A stretch of DNA of 64,000 nucleotides from Trichosphaerium sp. ATCC 40318 (taxonomy: Eukaryota > Protista > Tubulinea): positions 186,001-250,000 of the forward strand of contig JALMLS010000548.1 of NCBI GenBank assembly GCA_038496445.1, given 5' to 3'. Below, in pieces: positions 42,797 through 55,638 of this stretch. A model generated the notes under the pieces. It searched no databases, was not told the DNA's origin, and worked only from the letters and a program-made list of their open reading frames with translations. How positions within the stretch are numbered: the stretch's first letter is position 1; every line of letters starts with the position of its first letter. The translations under genes and the position numbers were made by a program.

Positions 42797-43699
42797 TTAC
42801 TTGTAGTAAGTTTCAAGTTTACTAAGACCCATCAAAAATAAACTCCCATAAATGGATCTAAACATAGCCACACTAGCTCCAGTAAACAAAGCAGCAGGTC
42901 CCTCCTTTTGAATAATACTACCAAATAGTTTTACAGCACTTGGGTGGCCTATCTTTTCATCCACAGACATTCTCATACGTGTAGCAACAGTTGAGAATGG
43001 ATAAACCAATAGAGAAGCAGATAGTGACACGCCATAGCCACAAAGAAAATTGATTGTAACATTGTCTTGTACAAAAGGATGGACAGAGTCGTATAATCCA
43101 AAGTACAGTCCTCTTTGTATCACAATACCAACACTTGCAGCCAAAAAACCTCTGTGTAGCCCAACAATACCATTTGCTCTGTAAACCTTCTTGTACACAT
43201 CCAACATCCCACTGTATTTACGCTTAGATCCCTTTGAAGCCAATACATCTCCATATATCTTTATTTTTACTACATCAAGTGACACCAATGGTAGCATGCA
43301 TAAACCAGAAAGACCACCAGTCACCAAATTAGCCAAAACGAAGACGGGGTAGCCATACTGTTGTTGCATCGAATATGCACCTTTCATTGTTGATTTAAAG
43401 ATAGGCCTCAGCACAACAGCAGAGGCTAGTTGCAAGGACTTTGATAGAGGTACAGTTATTGCACTCACAGAGTAACCTCTCCAAAACTGTAGTAGTCCTT
43501 CATTGCGATAAACACTCTGGGTGCAATCAATTATACCCTTGTATGGTACTTTTAAGCGACTTGATTCGAGTAGCAAAGTATTACATTGCAATAATGCTTG
43601 TACACGTGACATAGGCGACGTTGTTGCCTTCAATGCAAGTCCAGTAATTATAGGGGTTACTACGTCTTTGAACCCACGTGATCTTCTGCTATGTGCCAT
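42797..43699 (-). CDS. Mitochondrial carrier, divergent ADP/ATP translocase-like, intronless
   Basis: 300-aa single ORF; YKGIIDC...EGLLQFWRG, ANLVTGG, RKYSGMLDVYKK, VGIVIQRGLYFGLYDS. Confidence 0.9.
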   Translation of the reverse strand: MAHSRRSRGFKDVVTPIITGLALKATTSPMSRVQALLQCNTLLLESSRLKVPYKGIIDCTQSVYRNEGLLQFWRGYSVSAITVPLSKSLQLASAVVLRPIFKSTMKGAYSMQQQYGYPVFVLANLVTGGLSGLCMLPLVSLDVVKIKIYGDVLASKGSKRKYSGMLDVYKKVYRANGIVGLHRGFLAASVGIVIQRGLYFGLYDSVHPFVQDNVTINFLCGYGVSLSASLLVYPFSTVATRMRMSVDEKIGHPSAVKLFGSIIQKEGPAALFTGASVAMFRSIYGSLFLMGLSKLETYYK

Positions 43700-43842
43700 T
43701 GTCGCAACAGTAAACGATGAGTGTGGTTGTAAACAAGCTTCACTGTGAGTTCAGGCGAGAATTGGTTTGACAAATAACCTGCGCTGACTTGAAGGTTTTT
43801 TTTGTTTTTGCCTTCCATATTTTTAACAAATAATGTACATTG

Positions 43843-46800
43843 ATGGACACAGACGCTGTTAAGTATGTAGATGAGTTGATAGAGGACTATCTACTGTTTC
43901 GTGGGTTTACTCAAGCGATAAAAGCTTTCCAAAACGAACGTAGAGGTGATAGAGTTCGCGGTTTTGAGGTTACAACGCTAATCAAAAATTTTTGAAGTAA
44001 ATTAGCTTTGTAGGTGTCCAAAATAATAGCACAGCTCTTCACATATGTCCATACATATAAAATAGACGAACTAATGAATTTATGGAGTCATTTGTACAAA
44101 ACATTTTTCTCTCGCTTAGAAGAGGTACAACTCAGCTAAAAATCGCGCATTCTACAATTTAACGCTTTACAAAAAAAAAACTTGACATCTCAAATAGGAC
44201 AGTGCCGTTACAGTGCAAAAACTAGAATTATCATTGCTACGGTACGATTTATTACTAGTTATTATGACGTTACGCCCTTTAAAACCGAAAAAAAAGGTAT
44301 TATGTAGTACACGCAATCCAAAACGATCAAAAACAAAAAGTAACAATCTTTTTCGAAAAACATGCAAACACTCTAGCCGAAAACAAACACTGGAAGGCAC
44401 GTTTTTCACCCATTTTGCTTCTTTTTTTTCTCTATTTGGTTTTCTTTCTCTTTTCACGTACTGACGTTGTTGTCTATTTCTAGGCATGGTTTGGTGAGTA
44501 TTTTTGAGAATAGAGTCTATACTAACATTCCTGTGAGCTTTACCTTACATGAAGCATCCAGAAAACAGTCCAGCGTTCAAGATTTATTTCGCTAAACAAT
44601 GGGCTGACACTTTTTCAATGTCATTGAATAATTTCCTCACTACTGTTTTTAACAGCTTGTGTATCCTCCTCCAATTTACATATTTTATCATATAACAATA
44701 TGGAAAGCTTTATATAATTTTCAAGCTACCTTCATTATCAGAAAACCAAGCTCTTCCGAACTGGATTACAATATTTTTTTGAAAACTTTGTTTTTTTTTC
44801 TTCTTTCTTTTTGCTTCTTCGAACATCCCAAGTCATCTTGACAAACTTTTCAATAGTGTAGCTACACTTTGTATAAACCTCAAAAGGCGGTATTTTTACA
44901 ATTGTTCTATCCTTGACAACTGTATCAGCTCTTCCTAAGATACTTAATTTCAACGTTGAAAGGAAAACTCGTAAAGCTATGGGAAGACAGATAGATGAGC
45001 TTCAAAATGAGAATGATATGCTTCGAACAAAAATTACTGAGCTAATGCGTGAAGTAGAAAAAAACAAGGTGAATGGGATAGTGACTTAGACGGGACAACG
45101 GTTTTTTTGAAACAAAAAATTCTTGAAAAAAACAAAAAAAAAAGCGTACCTTAAACTTCTCATACCAAACTTAAACTTGTAAAAAATTCCTTCCTCAAGA
45201 TGGATGGACAGAGGTTTTAAATGCCGTGTGAGCGGCAACCCAATAAAACCAATATTTAGACAAACCATCACACTTCACAAAACCTCCATCTCGCCCTTGC
45301 TTGACGCTGAAAACACCAAACAAAAAAACTGAACAACCTTTTTTTTTTTTCATTTCTTTTACTGAAGACATGACCTTTTTTTTCTCAAATATTCACTTTA
45401 TTTTCAAGGCACCTTCTTCTAACGCTGGCTGGGAATCACCTACAGTCACTTCACCAGAGACACCAAGAAAACACTTGGCTCAAACTCGTACACAACAAGC
45501 ACAAAGCTTTGTTAAAGCATCACGAAAGACAATCCAAATACAAGATGATTACCTGAATGCAAGAGACCCAAAACCAAGAAGTCATTCAGCTAGGGCAGTA
45601 TCCGCTAGAGCGCCTTTGAATAGCACGGAGTTTTGTAAGACCATGTTTCTTCCTAACTTCAACGTCCCTCAGCAAACCTCAGTTCAATGTGACTAATTAT
45701 TTCTTTGTTAGTTCCAATCACAGCATCTTCATCACGTTCTAAAGATGATACCTCAATATCAATGTCTTCTCATAGAGACATATCACAGTCACCCCGTTTC
45801 AATAAAATAAAGAATATTGTACGTAGTAACCTCAAAGCTCAAACCCAAAAACAAACAGATTGCTGTATTTAACGAAACTACAAGCGTGCCTTTAAGACAG
45901 GTTCTCCAGTGACTTGCTGTAAATTTTCTCCTAATGGCGCACATGCCGCTTCAGGGACTGAAGGAGGTGTGGTCAAGTAAGTAATATATCTAAAAGCTTA
46001 ATTAATGTTGTGTGAAAGGGTTTGGTCTTTGGACTCTCACAGAGGCGATACTATTGAGCCTTCAACATTAGATGTTGATGAGATTTTATGTTTGGATTGG
46101 GAACCGAAGATGGCTCAACTTGTACGCCAATTTTTAAAGTTGTTTCGAGCGTACATGCCTTCTGGGAGGTTGCAAGAAGACAGTGAGTTACAACGTTAAC
46201 AGATTTTTTATCATAGCTTCTATGCGGAACTTCAGGAGGTAAAGTGAAGTTATGGAGTGTAAATGGAGATACACAGTCATTAGATATTAAAGTGCAAGGA
46301 CAAAATAGATAGTACGTTCGCTCTTATTGCCACACAAAAGATACCTGTTTATTTCTCATAACAAAAAAATCATCTGCGTCTTCAAAACGTCTTTTATCGT
46401 TCATGCTTACTTCACACCAAAAGCTGCTTTTTTGAATTTCGACTTTTTATTGATAAGTAATTGTAGTGTGCGTGATATAGCGTGTAGCCCCACTGGCGAT
46501 ATGTTTGCAGCTAGTGTTACACAAAAAAACAATACTGGTGTGATACTTCTGTACGATATTAAAGAAGCACGTATACAAGTACGATTGAAATAGTAGTGAC
46601 TTTCTTCTTTTTTTCTTATATTCGATCGCTAGCGAAGGATTGATGCCAATCCATCTCCTGGTACAAGTTGCTTTGTTTTTAATCGTAAAGGAACAATACT
46701 TGCTTGTGGAAGCTCAGACGGTATGGTTCGCGTAATAGACATTCGTAACGGCAAGGCATTGATGAGTTGGCAGTACGCCAAAAAAATCTGCACAACTTTG

Positions 46801-47532
46801 GCTAAAAAACTTTCAGAGTTCATAGTAGCGAAGTTGGTAGCGTACAATTTTCACACGATGAAGTAGAAGTATTCTCAGCGGGACACGACAATAAGGTAAA
46901 AATCCGCTCACGTGATCACACGTGTTTTAATTTGTTGAATTTTTTCTGTTTTAATGTTGTATTGTAGCTTGTAAAGTGGGATTTACGTAAGACGCCGATA
47001 CGCAAAAAAGCGAAGAGTAGGATAATTACCGAGTTTGAATATCAAGGGATGCATCATAGACCTAAAATGCCTCAGACACGCGGAACAATAAGCCTTGATC
47101 GTTCAACTAAAGGAAAATACTTTGTTATAAACTCAAAGAATAACTACGGTTTAATCTTCCACAGCTCAAAGGCTAAACCAGTCGGAAAAGTACGCAGTCT
47201 TTCCAAACAAAAAAACATTCCAACTTTATTCTTTTTTCTGTGCTTCTAGGCAACAATCTACAGCTGTATGTCGTTACCTTGACATACGCAATAAGATACT
47301 CCATTGCCACAGAGTGGTTTAATTTTAACCTCCCATACAAGTCAATATTAACCATTTTAATCAAGACATTTCACATATTCTTATTTAATTCTACTTATTG
47401 TTTATTTACAAATTGTGTTAGGTGGGTACACATGACCAACCAGTAGTATGCGCCCAATGGCACCCAACGCAGAATGCCATTCTTACAGGCTCAGCAGGAA
47501 GCAACCTCTGCTTGACTACTTTCGCATCATAA
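43843..47532 (+). CDS. WDR91: WD repeat protein 91
   Basis: VDELIEDYLLFRGF, KLELSLLRYY, WFALPY...YFAKQWADTF..SLNNFL, LPKILNF, then WD40 repeats. Confidence 0.93.
44661..44928 (+). other. U12-type (minor spliceosome) GT-AG intron
   Basis: 5' site GTATCCTC; branch TCCTTGAC at 44910-44917; phase 1; splicing gives NSL-S-LPKILNF. Confidence 0.85.
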
Positions 47533-47655
47533 AGAAAAAATGCATGGATCTTTTTTTTCATTATCTGCGCTGGCTGCCACCAGATTATTACTGTACAATA
47601 AAAAAAGCCACTGGTTGGCTTCCTTCACATTATTTTTTTTTGGGTTCAGTTTAGA

Positions 47656-48463
47656 TCAAGAGTACAAACCCTGTACCAAGTCTTCAATGCTTACTTGACC
47701 ATCGCCAGACTCAAAGTTCAGTGCTGCAAGCAGCTCATCAACATCGTCATCTGATAGAGGGGAGCCACCAAGCTTTGTGAGCGCGTGGCGAAGCTCTCCA
47801 AGCTCAATAATGCCTTTCAAAGTGTCAATAAATGTCTTATAAATAAAACATGGAAAAAACTTTCATGAGACTTTTGTGACGTCATAGATCAACATACCGG
47901 CGCTTGATGGGTCTAATTCTTTTAGCCAGTCCTTGATATCATTCGGGGAAGTACTTTTAAGCAATCCCATGAGTTTGAGAAACTGTTGGAAGGAAATTAA
48001 AAAAAAAACAGTTTTGAAGTAATTTTTCAATTCATACCTCTGCAAACTCGACAGTGCCGTTACCGTAAATGTCCATGCGTTTAAGAGTTAGTTTGAGGTG
48101 TTCTGCTCTGATAAACAATTTAGTACACCCGTTAAAACTAAATTTCCGCGTGTACGCACGTATATGAGCGTCCAACTGCCTTTAGAACGTGTTCAATTTC
48201 GTCTACACCTATAACACCTAAAAACAGCAATGAGCCTATGTACGAGTCGCTGAGTTTCCGTACCATCGCCGTCTTTATCAAATAGAGCAAATGCTTCTTT
48301 GTAAACGTTCAACTCAGAGTTTGCAAGCGTGGACTACGGTAGGATGATCAATACGCAAGGTACCGGTAAAACCCGTTATCCGTGGATAGAAAGAGGTACG
48401 CACAACTAATTTTCTAGCGTGTAGTTCCGTGTCTTTTCGCTTGAGATCCCTATTATTGGCCAT
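47656..48463 (-). CDS. Calmodulin-like EF-hand protein
   Basis: YKEAFALFDKDGDGVI, DIYGNGTVEFAEFLKLM, ELRHALTKLG, LSDDDVDELL. Confidence 0.88.
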
Positions 48464-48564
48464 AGTGTTGTATTGTTATCAATATGTACAAGAGACGCGT
48501 TGACCGTGTCTTCCGTCGTTCTCAAAAAAAAAAAAGTTACAGCTTCACCAAACAACTTGTGCTC

Positions 48565-49457
48565 ATGCCAAAACTTAAATACACAATCGATTTTGGTAAA
48601 GGGACTGTATTCGTTGTCCAATTTGGGCTGTTATTCTTTTTCAACCGCTGGGACAATAATACAGCTCTTTTGTATGCTACATTACACTCATGCTATGGTA
48701 CTACATAATTAACGCATAGTAATTGTTAAACAGTTGCGTGTCAGGTTTCATGTGGTGCGCAAAATCGTTACTGTTTCCAGACTCATCTTGGGAAGCAGAC
48801 ACGCCATGGTACGCAAGCTATACATTTCTTCGGCTTGTAACATTTCTAGGTGGTACATACTCCTTGTGGCGTTCCCTGGTCTGTGCGGTTACCACATACC
48901 TGGTGTTATCATCAGTATTTATGACGTACACGCTCCAGCAATGCTGTTCGTTTTGTGTATTGGCATGTTCATCGCTGGTACACTCTAACGCCATTACACA
49001 CATTTACTAAACGCTTGGTAGGTACATTCATTCATTTTTCAGCTGACATGCAAAAACATACTACACTATCAATAAAACGCGGTCTAATTACTACTGGCTT
49101 ATGGTCACTATCGCGTAACATCAATTACTTTGGGGAACTATTGATATACCTGGCAATGGCACTGTTATCAATGCACTGGCTGCCAGTTTTATACTTGAGT
49201 ACGAACAACTAGACAACATTCTTTTTACCATGTCATTATCGGCCTTGTTTCGAAAAACAATGTTGCTTATTTTTTTTGTAGCGACATTCATTGCTGTTTA
49301 TTGGGTTCCCAACATGCTACGTAAGGATAAATCGTTGTCAAGATACCCCGAATTCAAGGTAAGCTTACAGGCTGTTCTATAACAATGGCACATTCTTATA
49401 ACAATTTTATAGGCGTGGAGTAAGAATACAAAATTGTTTATCCCCTTTATAATTTGA
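48565..49457 (+). CDS. DUF1295 / steroid 5-alpha-reductase-like membrane protein
   Basis: ADMQK...GLITTGLWSLSRNINYFGELLIY, KDKSLSRYPEF, LFIPFII. Confidence 0.85.
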
Positions 49458-49549
49458 CATGTTGAAAAAAAAAAAAAAAAATTACTTCGACACCGTCTCT
49501 TTTGCCTCTTATGTCTCAACTATGGAGCGCAAATCACACATACCTTATA

Positions 49550-50777
49550 TTATGTCAGACTTAAACTGCAGTGCACAAAATCTAAAGCGGTACCGGTGAA
49601 GAACGACTTTTCTGGCAGTACTGTTTTTCCACTACAATGGGCTGCAATAATCAAGCGTTGTAACCGCGTAAGTCTGCTAAATTTTTTCCAAGGTACAGTA
49701 GTGTCATCACCAAGGAAAGAGTCGTGATTATCAGGTAACTCAACTTCGAGTTTGACAAGTTCAAGAGTGTCACTACAACAAACTGATAAGTGGTTTTTTG
49801 TAGCAAACCGAAAAATACTGACCTGAGACGCCATAAGTGCATAAAATCTGCGGCCAATAGACACTCCGATTTTATTGTTAGAGTTTTCAAGTATCTAAGC
49901 TGATACCAGTTTATTCCATGAAGAACAATAGCACCAAGCTATCAAAAATTATTTCAAAAAAATGAAGCCAGATCAAGCGCAATGTACCTGACCGTAATTA
50001 CCTGGCTTCCAAAACCAATCTATGCGCAAGTCGTCAAGTGTACCGCTGAACTCTATTGTCAAGTCTTCAAGATGAGACAACACGCTTATCGCCTCAAATT
50101 CAGCTTCTCCATAGCCACTACATGAACGTAAGTGAGACCTACAAAGGAAAAGTGTTCATTTGAGAAAATACTTTCTAATGTGTTATGATGCCTATGTGCA
50201 AGCTTCGTAGAGTTGAAAATTGTGTCAAATAGTTTTGAATGTCATTTGTTTTCATAGTTTCCACAACTAATTGCAAGTGATTCAGGGCCTATACATCTTT
50301 GTGCGTTAGCTGCAGAGTATTTGTTTTTAAGCTGTTTTGCACTAACGTCAAAAGCCTGTATTGATGTAAAAATGTTGTTTTTGGCGAGCGGAGAAGACGT
50401 GAAGGTGGCATCAACGCACACAAATGTCAAGTTCAAGTATTTTGCTAAACAAGCCAACTGACCCTTGGGGAAGGTATTCACCGCGTAGTAGTTTGCGTCA
50501 GTAGCACTCCACAGGTACTCAGTTTCATTTTGAGCAATAAAAAGGCGACTAGCCACTAATCGCATAGAATGTAACCAAGTCGTGGATGTGCGTATCGTCG
50601 CCAACCTTATTCCCTCAGAATTTGTAACAAAAAGATGAATAAGTACCAGTCACTCGGGTTATCTAACAGGCACAAAATACGTCTAAGTAAAGGCAAAGGG
50701 AGGCCATGTAGCTGAACTTCATAAAGGAGGCTTGGTACGTAAAGAGAATCCCCGACAGCACAATTTCGCCGCTTCAT
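49550..50777 (-). CDS. F-box/LRR-like protein
   Basis: MASLPLPLLRRILCLL F-box-like start; LRR-like LSHLEDLTI, LRYLKTLTI, LTRLQRLII. Start at 50707 or 50777. Confidence 0.6.
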
Positions 50778-50787
50778 TTAATTTCAA

Positions 50788-52985
50788 ATGGTCCAAGAAG
50801 ATTTTACTGCGCAAAAAAAAACAGAAAAAGGCAATGGGTTAAGCCAACAGCTTGATTGCGTTAAGCACATACCCACAAAAACACCAAACCATAAGAGGTT
50901 GTTACGTGATGCATAAACTTCCTCACTCTTGCCATTTTGGCGTGAAGAAACCGTCAAACAAAAACCCACGAAAAAAGGGGCTACTAGATAGGCGGAACCA
51001 CGCCAAATTCTTTCAAATGTTAATAAACAGCGATTGTAACGTCGGTGGGTATACTGCAAGGTGATTTCTTTTTCGCGAGCAATTGACCCACAATGACTTT
51101 TCATTTTTATCTCGAGCTAAGTTTTTTTTTCTTGTGAGCAGACCAAAAAATAGAACTGGTATTGTTTGTGATTACAGAATGGCTCTACACGAAGCTTACG
51201 ACAGACACCCCGAACGCCCTGCGAGAATTGAAGCTGTATATTCTGATCTCTGGCTGCAAGGTTGAAAGTGTCAACCAAAAAAAATTTTTACTGACTTCTT
51301 TTTTTTGTGCAGGACTTGTCGCCAAGTGCGTTAAATATAAGCCCCGTCCTGCTACAAGAGAACAGCTTAGTTTGGCACACTCTCAAAGCGTACGTGCTCC
51401 TTGTTTGGGGATGTTCTGTCTGGGATTTTTTCTGATGTGTTGTCCGTTTAGCATATTGAGAACGTACAGAGGACATCAAGCAAACCAACCCACGACTTCG
51501 ATGGAGACACATTCGCGAATCAGTTTTCGTCAACTGCAGCTCATTTGGCTGCAGGAAGCCTCATACAAATTACAGAACAGGTTGTCAAAGGAAACGTAGA
51601 TAACGGATTTGCAATAATCAGACCTCCTGGTACAACCCATTAAGTTCTCTCAAACCTAACAAAAAAAAAAGGTCATCATGCGGAATGTAATACTGCGTTG
51701 GGATTTTGTCTTTTCAATAATGCCGCAGTAGCAGCTTTGCATGCGCAAAAGCGATTGGGTGTAAAGAGGTACGAAAACATTATAAAACCTTGGGAATATT
51801 TATTGATTGTTTTTTTTCTCCTACAGAATTTTGATTTTGGATTGGGATAGTACGTAGTTTGTTGGTTTCTTTTTTATTTTTTTTTTTTTGGGTACTTACT
51901 GAGCGAAGTACATCATGGGAACGGTACACAGCATATTTTGGAGGACAACAGAAATATCATGTACATGAGTATGCACCGCTCCGATTATGGGCAATACTTT
52001 CCTCAAACGGGCCACGTCCACGAGGTACATTTTCCGCTTTGGTTTAAAGAGTGAAAGCTCTAAAGAAGAGAAACTTTGCAGGTCGGTAGAGGTGCTGGCG
52101 AAGGATTTACAGTAAACCTACCATGGCATGAGGATGAGATGGGAGACGCCGAATACATGAAAGCCTTTGAGATGATAGTGATGCCTATCGCTCGACAATA
52201 CAACCCAGAGCTTGTTATAATCTCTGCAGGGTTTGATGCAGTAAGAGGAGACCCTGTCGGTGGTTACGACGTATCACCAGAGCGTGAGTGCTTTTTTTTT
52301 TCTTTTTTTTTTTTTGGGTTGATTCTACAAAAAGCAAAATACGCGTTAATGTAACGTAGTGTTTGGAAAAATGACAGAAATGATGATGACGCTCGCAAAA
52401 GGAAAAGTAGTTTTGGCACTTGAAGGCACTGCGTTTTTAATTAACCATCCAAAAAAAAAAACCTTCGTGCGAGCTTCTCTTATTCTTTGTTAAGGTGGAT
52501 ATAGTTTACGCGGTATTGCTGCTTCTTCTTCTTCATGTGTACGTGCTCTACTAGGTGAAAAATCAGCACATCTCGACTACAGCAGGCCACTAAGTACGAA
52601 TTCTTAGTAATTCCAGTACATGATTGATAACTCCTCACTCTACTCTAGAGTACAACGCAATATTATGTATCAACTCTTGCATACGCCACCAAAGACCATA
52701 CTGGTCGAAGCTGTCCGATATCGAACTACTTGAAGACCCTACAAAAATCGAATTTGAACCCTCAGAATCACTATTCGACCATTTCATGAAAATCAAACAT
52801 TTGACCTCCTACCGCCCGTACAGCGATCCTCTAGACGACGCTATAAGTAATGTAAGAGAATACCCAAGCGCACAGCGCATAGCAGTTTAGTGAGGACAAG
52901 ATCTTTGAGGCCTACTGAAGAAAAAACAACGAAAGTGAAGAAGAACAACGGAGAAAACAAAATTGTACTTTACATACTTAAATAA
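50788..52985 (+). CDS. Class II histone deacetylase (HDA1/HDAC6-like single catalytic domain); termini approximate
   Basis: [44 protein letters not shown]. Confidence 0.95.
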
Positions 52986-53439
52986 ATTACTGCGTGGATC
53001 TGTTGGTTCTTGTATAAGTAAATATGAACCCCCAACATCCATTTTTTTTTGAAAAAGTTCAGTGGTAATTTTTGTCTCAAAATAACGTGTTTTTGCTTGA
53101 TTTAATTTTTTTTCGCCAATTTAATTTTTGATTATTCAAAACCCAGCAAAGTGTACAGACGCTACAAAAATTAGTACGGTGCGAGGTTTTACAAAAAGCA
53201 CGTTTTTTGGTAATAGTGGAGGGAAAACGGTTAGTTTGTCTGCGAAACAACGAAAAGAGTGCAAAAATGAAAAGGAAAAGTAGTGCGACGCGTGGACATA
53301 ACACGGATGAAGACGGTGAGTAGTTTGTGCAACGCAACGGGCAAATTAATCGTTAGCCATCAAATTTGTCAGAAAATTGTCCTTTGTTTATCCTCGTGTT
53401 AAACCGGCGCGTTTTACAATCGTACAACTATTTTGAACG

Positions 53440-55325
53440 ATGTTGGAGACAACCCAACTGATTCGCACTCATCTTCGTTTTGTGCTCTGCACAGTGTTCT
53501 TAGCGCACAGAAGTAACACTCCTACTAGACTACGTAAACGATAGACACCGTGGTAGGAATTCTACAAGTTCAAACGCGGAAGTAGCCCAAACGCGATCAA
53601 ATCGCGCGCAGAGGTAAACAAATTCAAAATATTCAAAATTTAAAATTGTTGCTTGATTTTTTTTTTTTTTCAAACGTGCTGTTCCTATTTAGCTAACCTT
53701 ACCCCGCCACGTCAAGACCACAACCAGTTCATTCGTCTCTTGGAGTCACGGTACCGTTCTATTTCTTAAAACACGAAACCAAGCTTGTTTCATGTGTTTT
53801 GATAAAAATTATAAAGCTAAAAATCTATAAAAGGTATCCGTGGCGCAACAACTAGCCAGTCTCGCTGCCCCTGGTATTGTCACAAATGTCACACAACCTG
53901 CTATGTCACCTAAAAAATCACCATCTAAAACGCCCTACCTAACGCCACGAGAACCACATGCAAATAGCGAAAGCTTACACAAAGGAAAAGAACCCATGTG
54001 CAAGCAGTGTAACTGCAAAAATTCAAGATGCCTAAAGTTGTACTGTGAATGCTTTGCAGCGCGTGTGTATTGCAACCATTGCAATTGCGCTGGGTACGAA
54101 TGACCTGTTTTGGAAATACGCAAGCTAACAAAATTTGTAGGTGTCGAAACAAGCCAGAATACGCTGCAGAGGTGTTACGTGCTGTTGGACACGCGTTGGA
54201 GAGAAATCCAAAGGCTTTTGAGCCGAAAATAACGACAAACGGCGTACGTATTCACGTTTGCTCTCGCTATAGCGTTCTATGGCTAATCATTAGGTATTAG
54301 ATCGCTAGTAAAGGTATACACGCCAAGGGGTGCAATTGTAGGAAGACCTTCTGTCTAAAAAAGTACTGCGAGTGTTTTCAGGTGCGCAGGACGCGTTGCA
54401 TAGCAATTGTTTTGTGAATAGTTTAATAATGGCGGCAAAAAATTTGAGTGTAAAAAACTTTCTCTGGTCAAAACCACACGTCCAAGAAATATCATTTATT
54501 CGTTTGACAATTGTATTAGGCCGGTGTTATTTGTAGTACATTGTGCCGTTGCGTTGGTTGTAAGAATCAGCATAATAATAAGGAAAGAGAACGCGCTATG
54601 GAAGAAATGCTTCGTTCAGAAAGTCCGCGGGAAAGTAAGCGGCGAAAGTTATCCAGGTCTAATGACGAGATTCAAGTAGCTAGTTTGATGGCTTCTGGCT
54701 ACTTTCCAAAGCGACGACAAACAAACTACGCTCGGTACGTTTTTTTTTAATCAATGGCACCACCAATAAAAAAAAATAACCGTTCCCTTCTGTACTAATC
54801 CTCAAATTAATAAGTGCTGTTGATGAAATTATTAACCCAGAATCTATTTGTGGCTTCTGTGAAACCCTACTTAAATCTCTGCAACAGCCACCTTCTCTGC
54901 CTCAAGTTCAATCCTCTTCTGGTAATCAAGCTAGCACTGTTACGTTCCCTGTTACGCGCGCTACAGGCGTTCCAACTGATTCTAAAATGGAGGCTCCAAG
55001 CAATATAAAATATGCTCAAGTGCTTCCATTACCACAACAGCAAACACAACAACATGGTACAGCCACTGTGATGCCTCTTCCTCAACAATCAACAGAAGGT
55101 TGGACTCCAACTACCCGTGGTAGAGATGGGATGTCTAAAAACAATGCTGGCGTACAAGGAAGTGCCGTTAGCGGTATTTCACAAGAATCAGAACATTTAC
55201 TTTTAAAAGAACTTTTGGGATTTCTAACAGGGACGATGCAAAAGATAACACAGCGTGGTACGTGTACTGAATCTAGTAGTAAATAAGTTATTAAATTTTC
55301 TTGTAGAGAAGCAGCTGCATCTTGA
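53440..55325 (+). CDS. LIN54: LIN54/tesmin CRC-domain protein (DREAM/MuvB DNA-binding subunit)
   Basis: [17 protein letters not shown], hinge [28 protein letters not shown]...CRCVGCKN. Start approximate. Confidence 0.9.
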
Positions 55326-55638
55326 TGCACATAAGGCCGAGAGTACTTGACTTTTCGTATCATGTGCTTTCTGACAACTTGCCAAGTTTGGTTTTTTTTT
55401 TTTGGTCTAGTAGTGGCCTTTGTCCTTATTGTAAATAAATAGCTTGTTTGTACATTGTGACTTTGATTTATAGTTACCTTCTTATAGATTAGTCAACACG
55501 TGGATATTACATAATGCACAGTTAGAACTAAGCGTAGTTCATAGTTTATCAGTAAATTCAACACTTTTTATTACTTTATACAAATACAAACGTGTTGTGG
55601 GGTTTTTTTATATACAGTAAGTACCATTTCACAACGTC

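Noticed and set aside
53040-53680. CHR (TTTGAA) and E2F-like sites suggesting LIN54 autoregulation
   Set aside because: Short AT-rich words are expected by chance at this composition.
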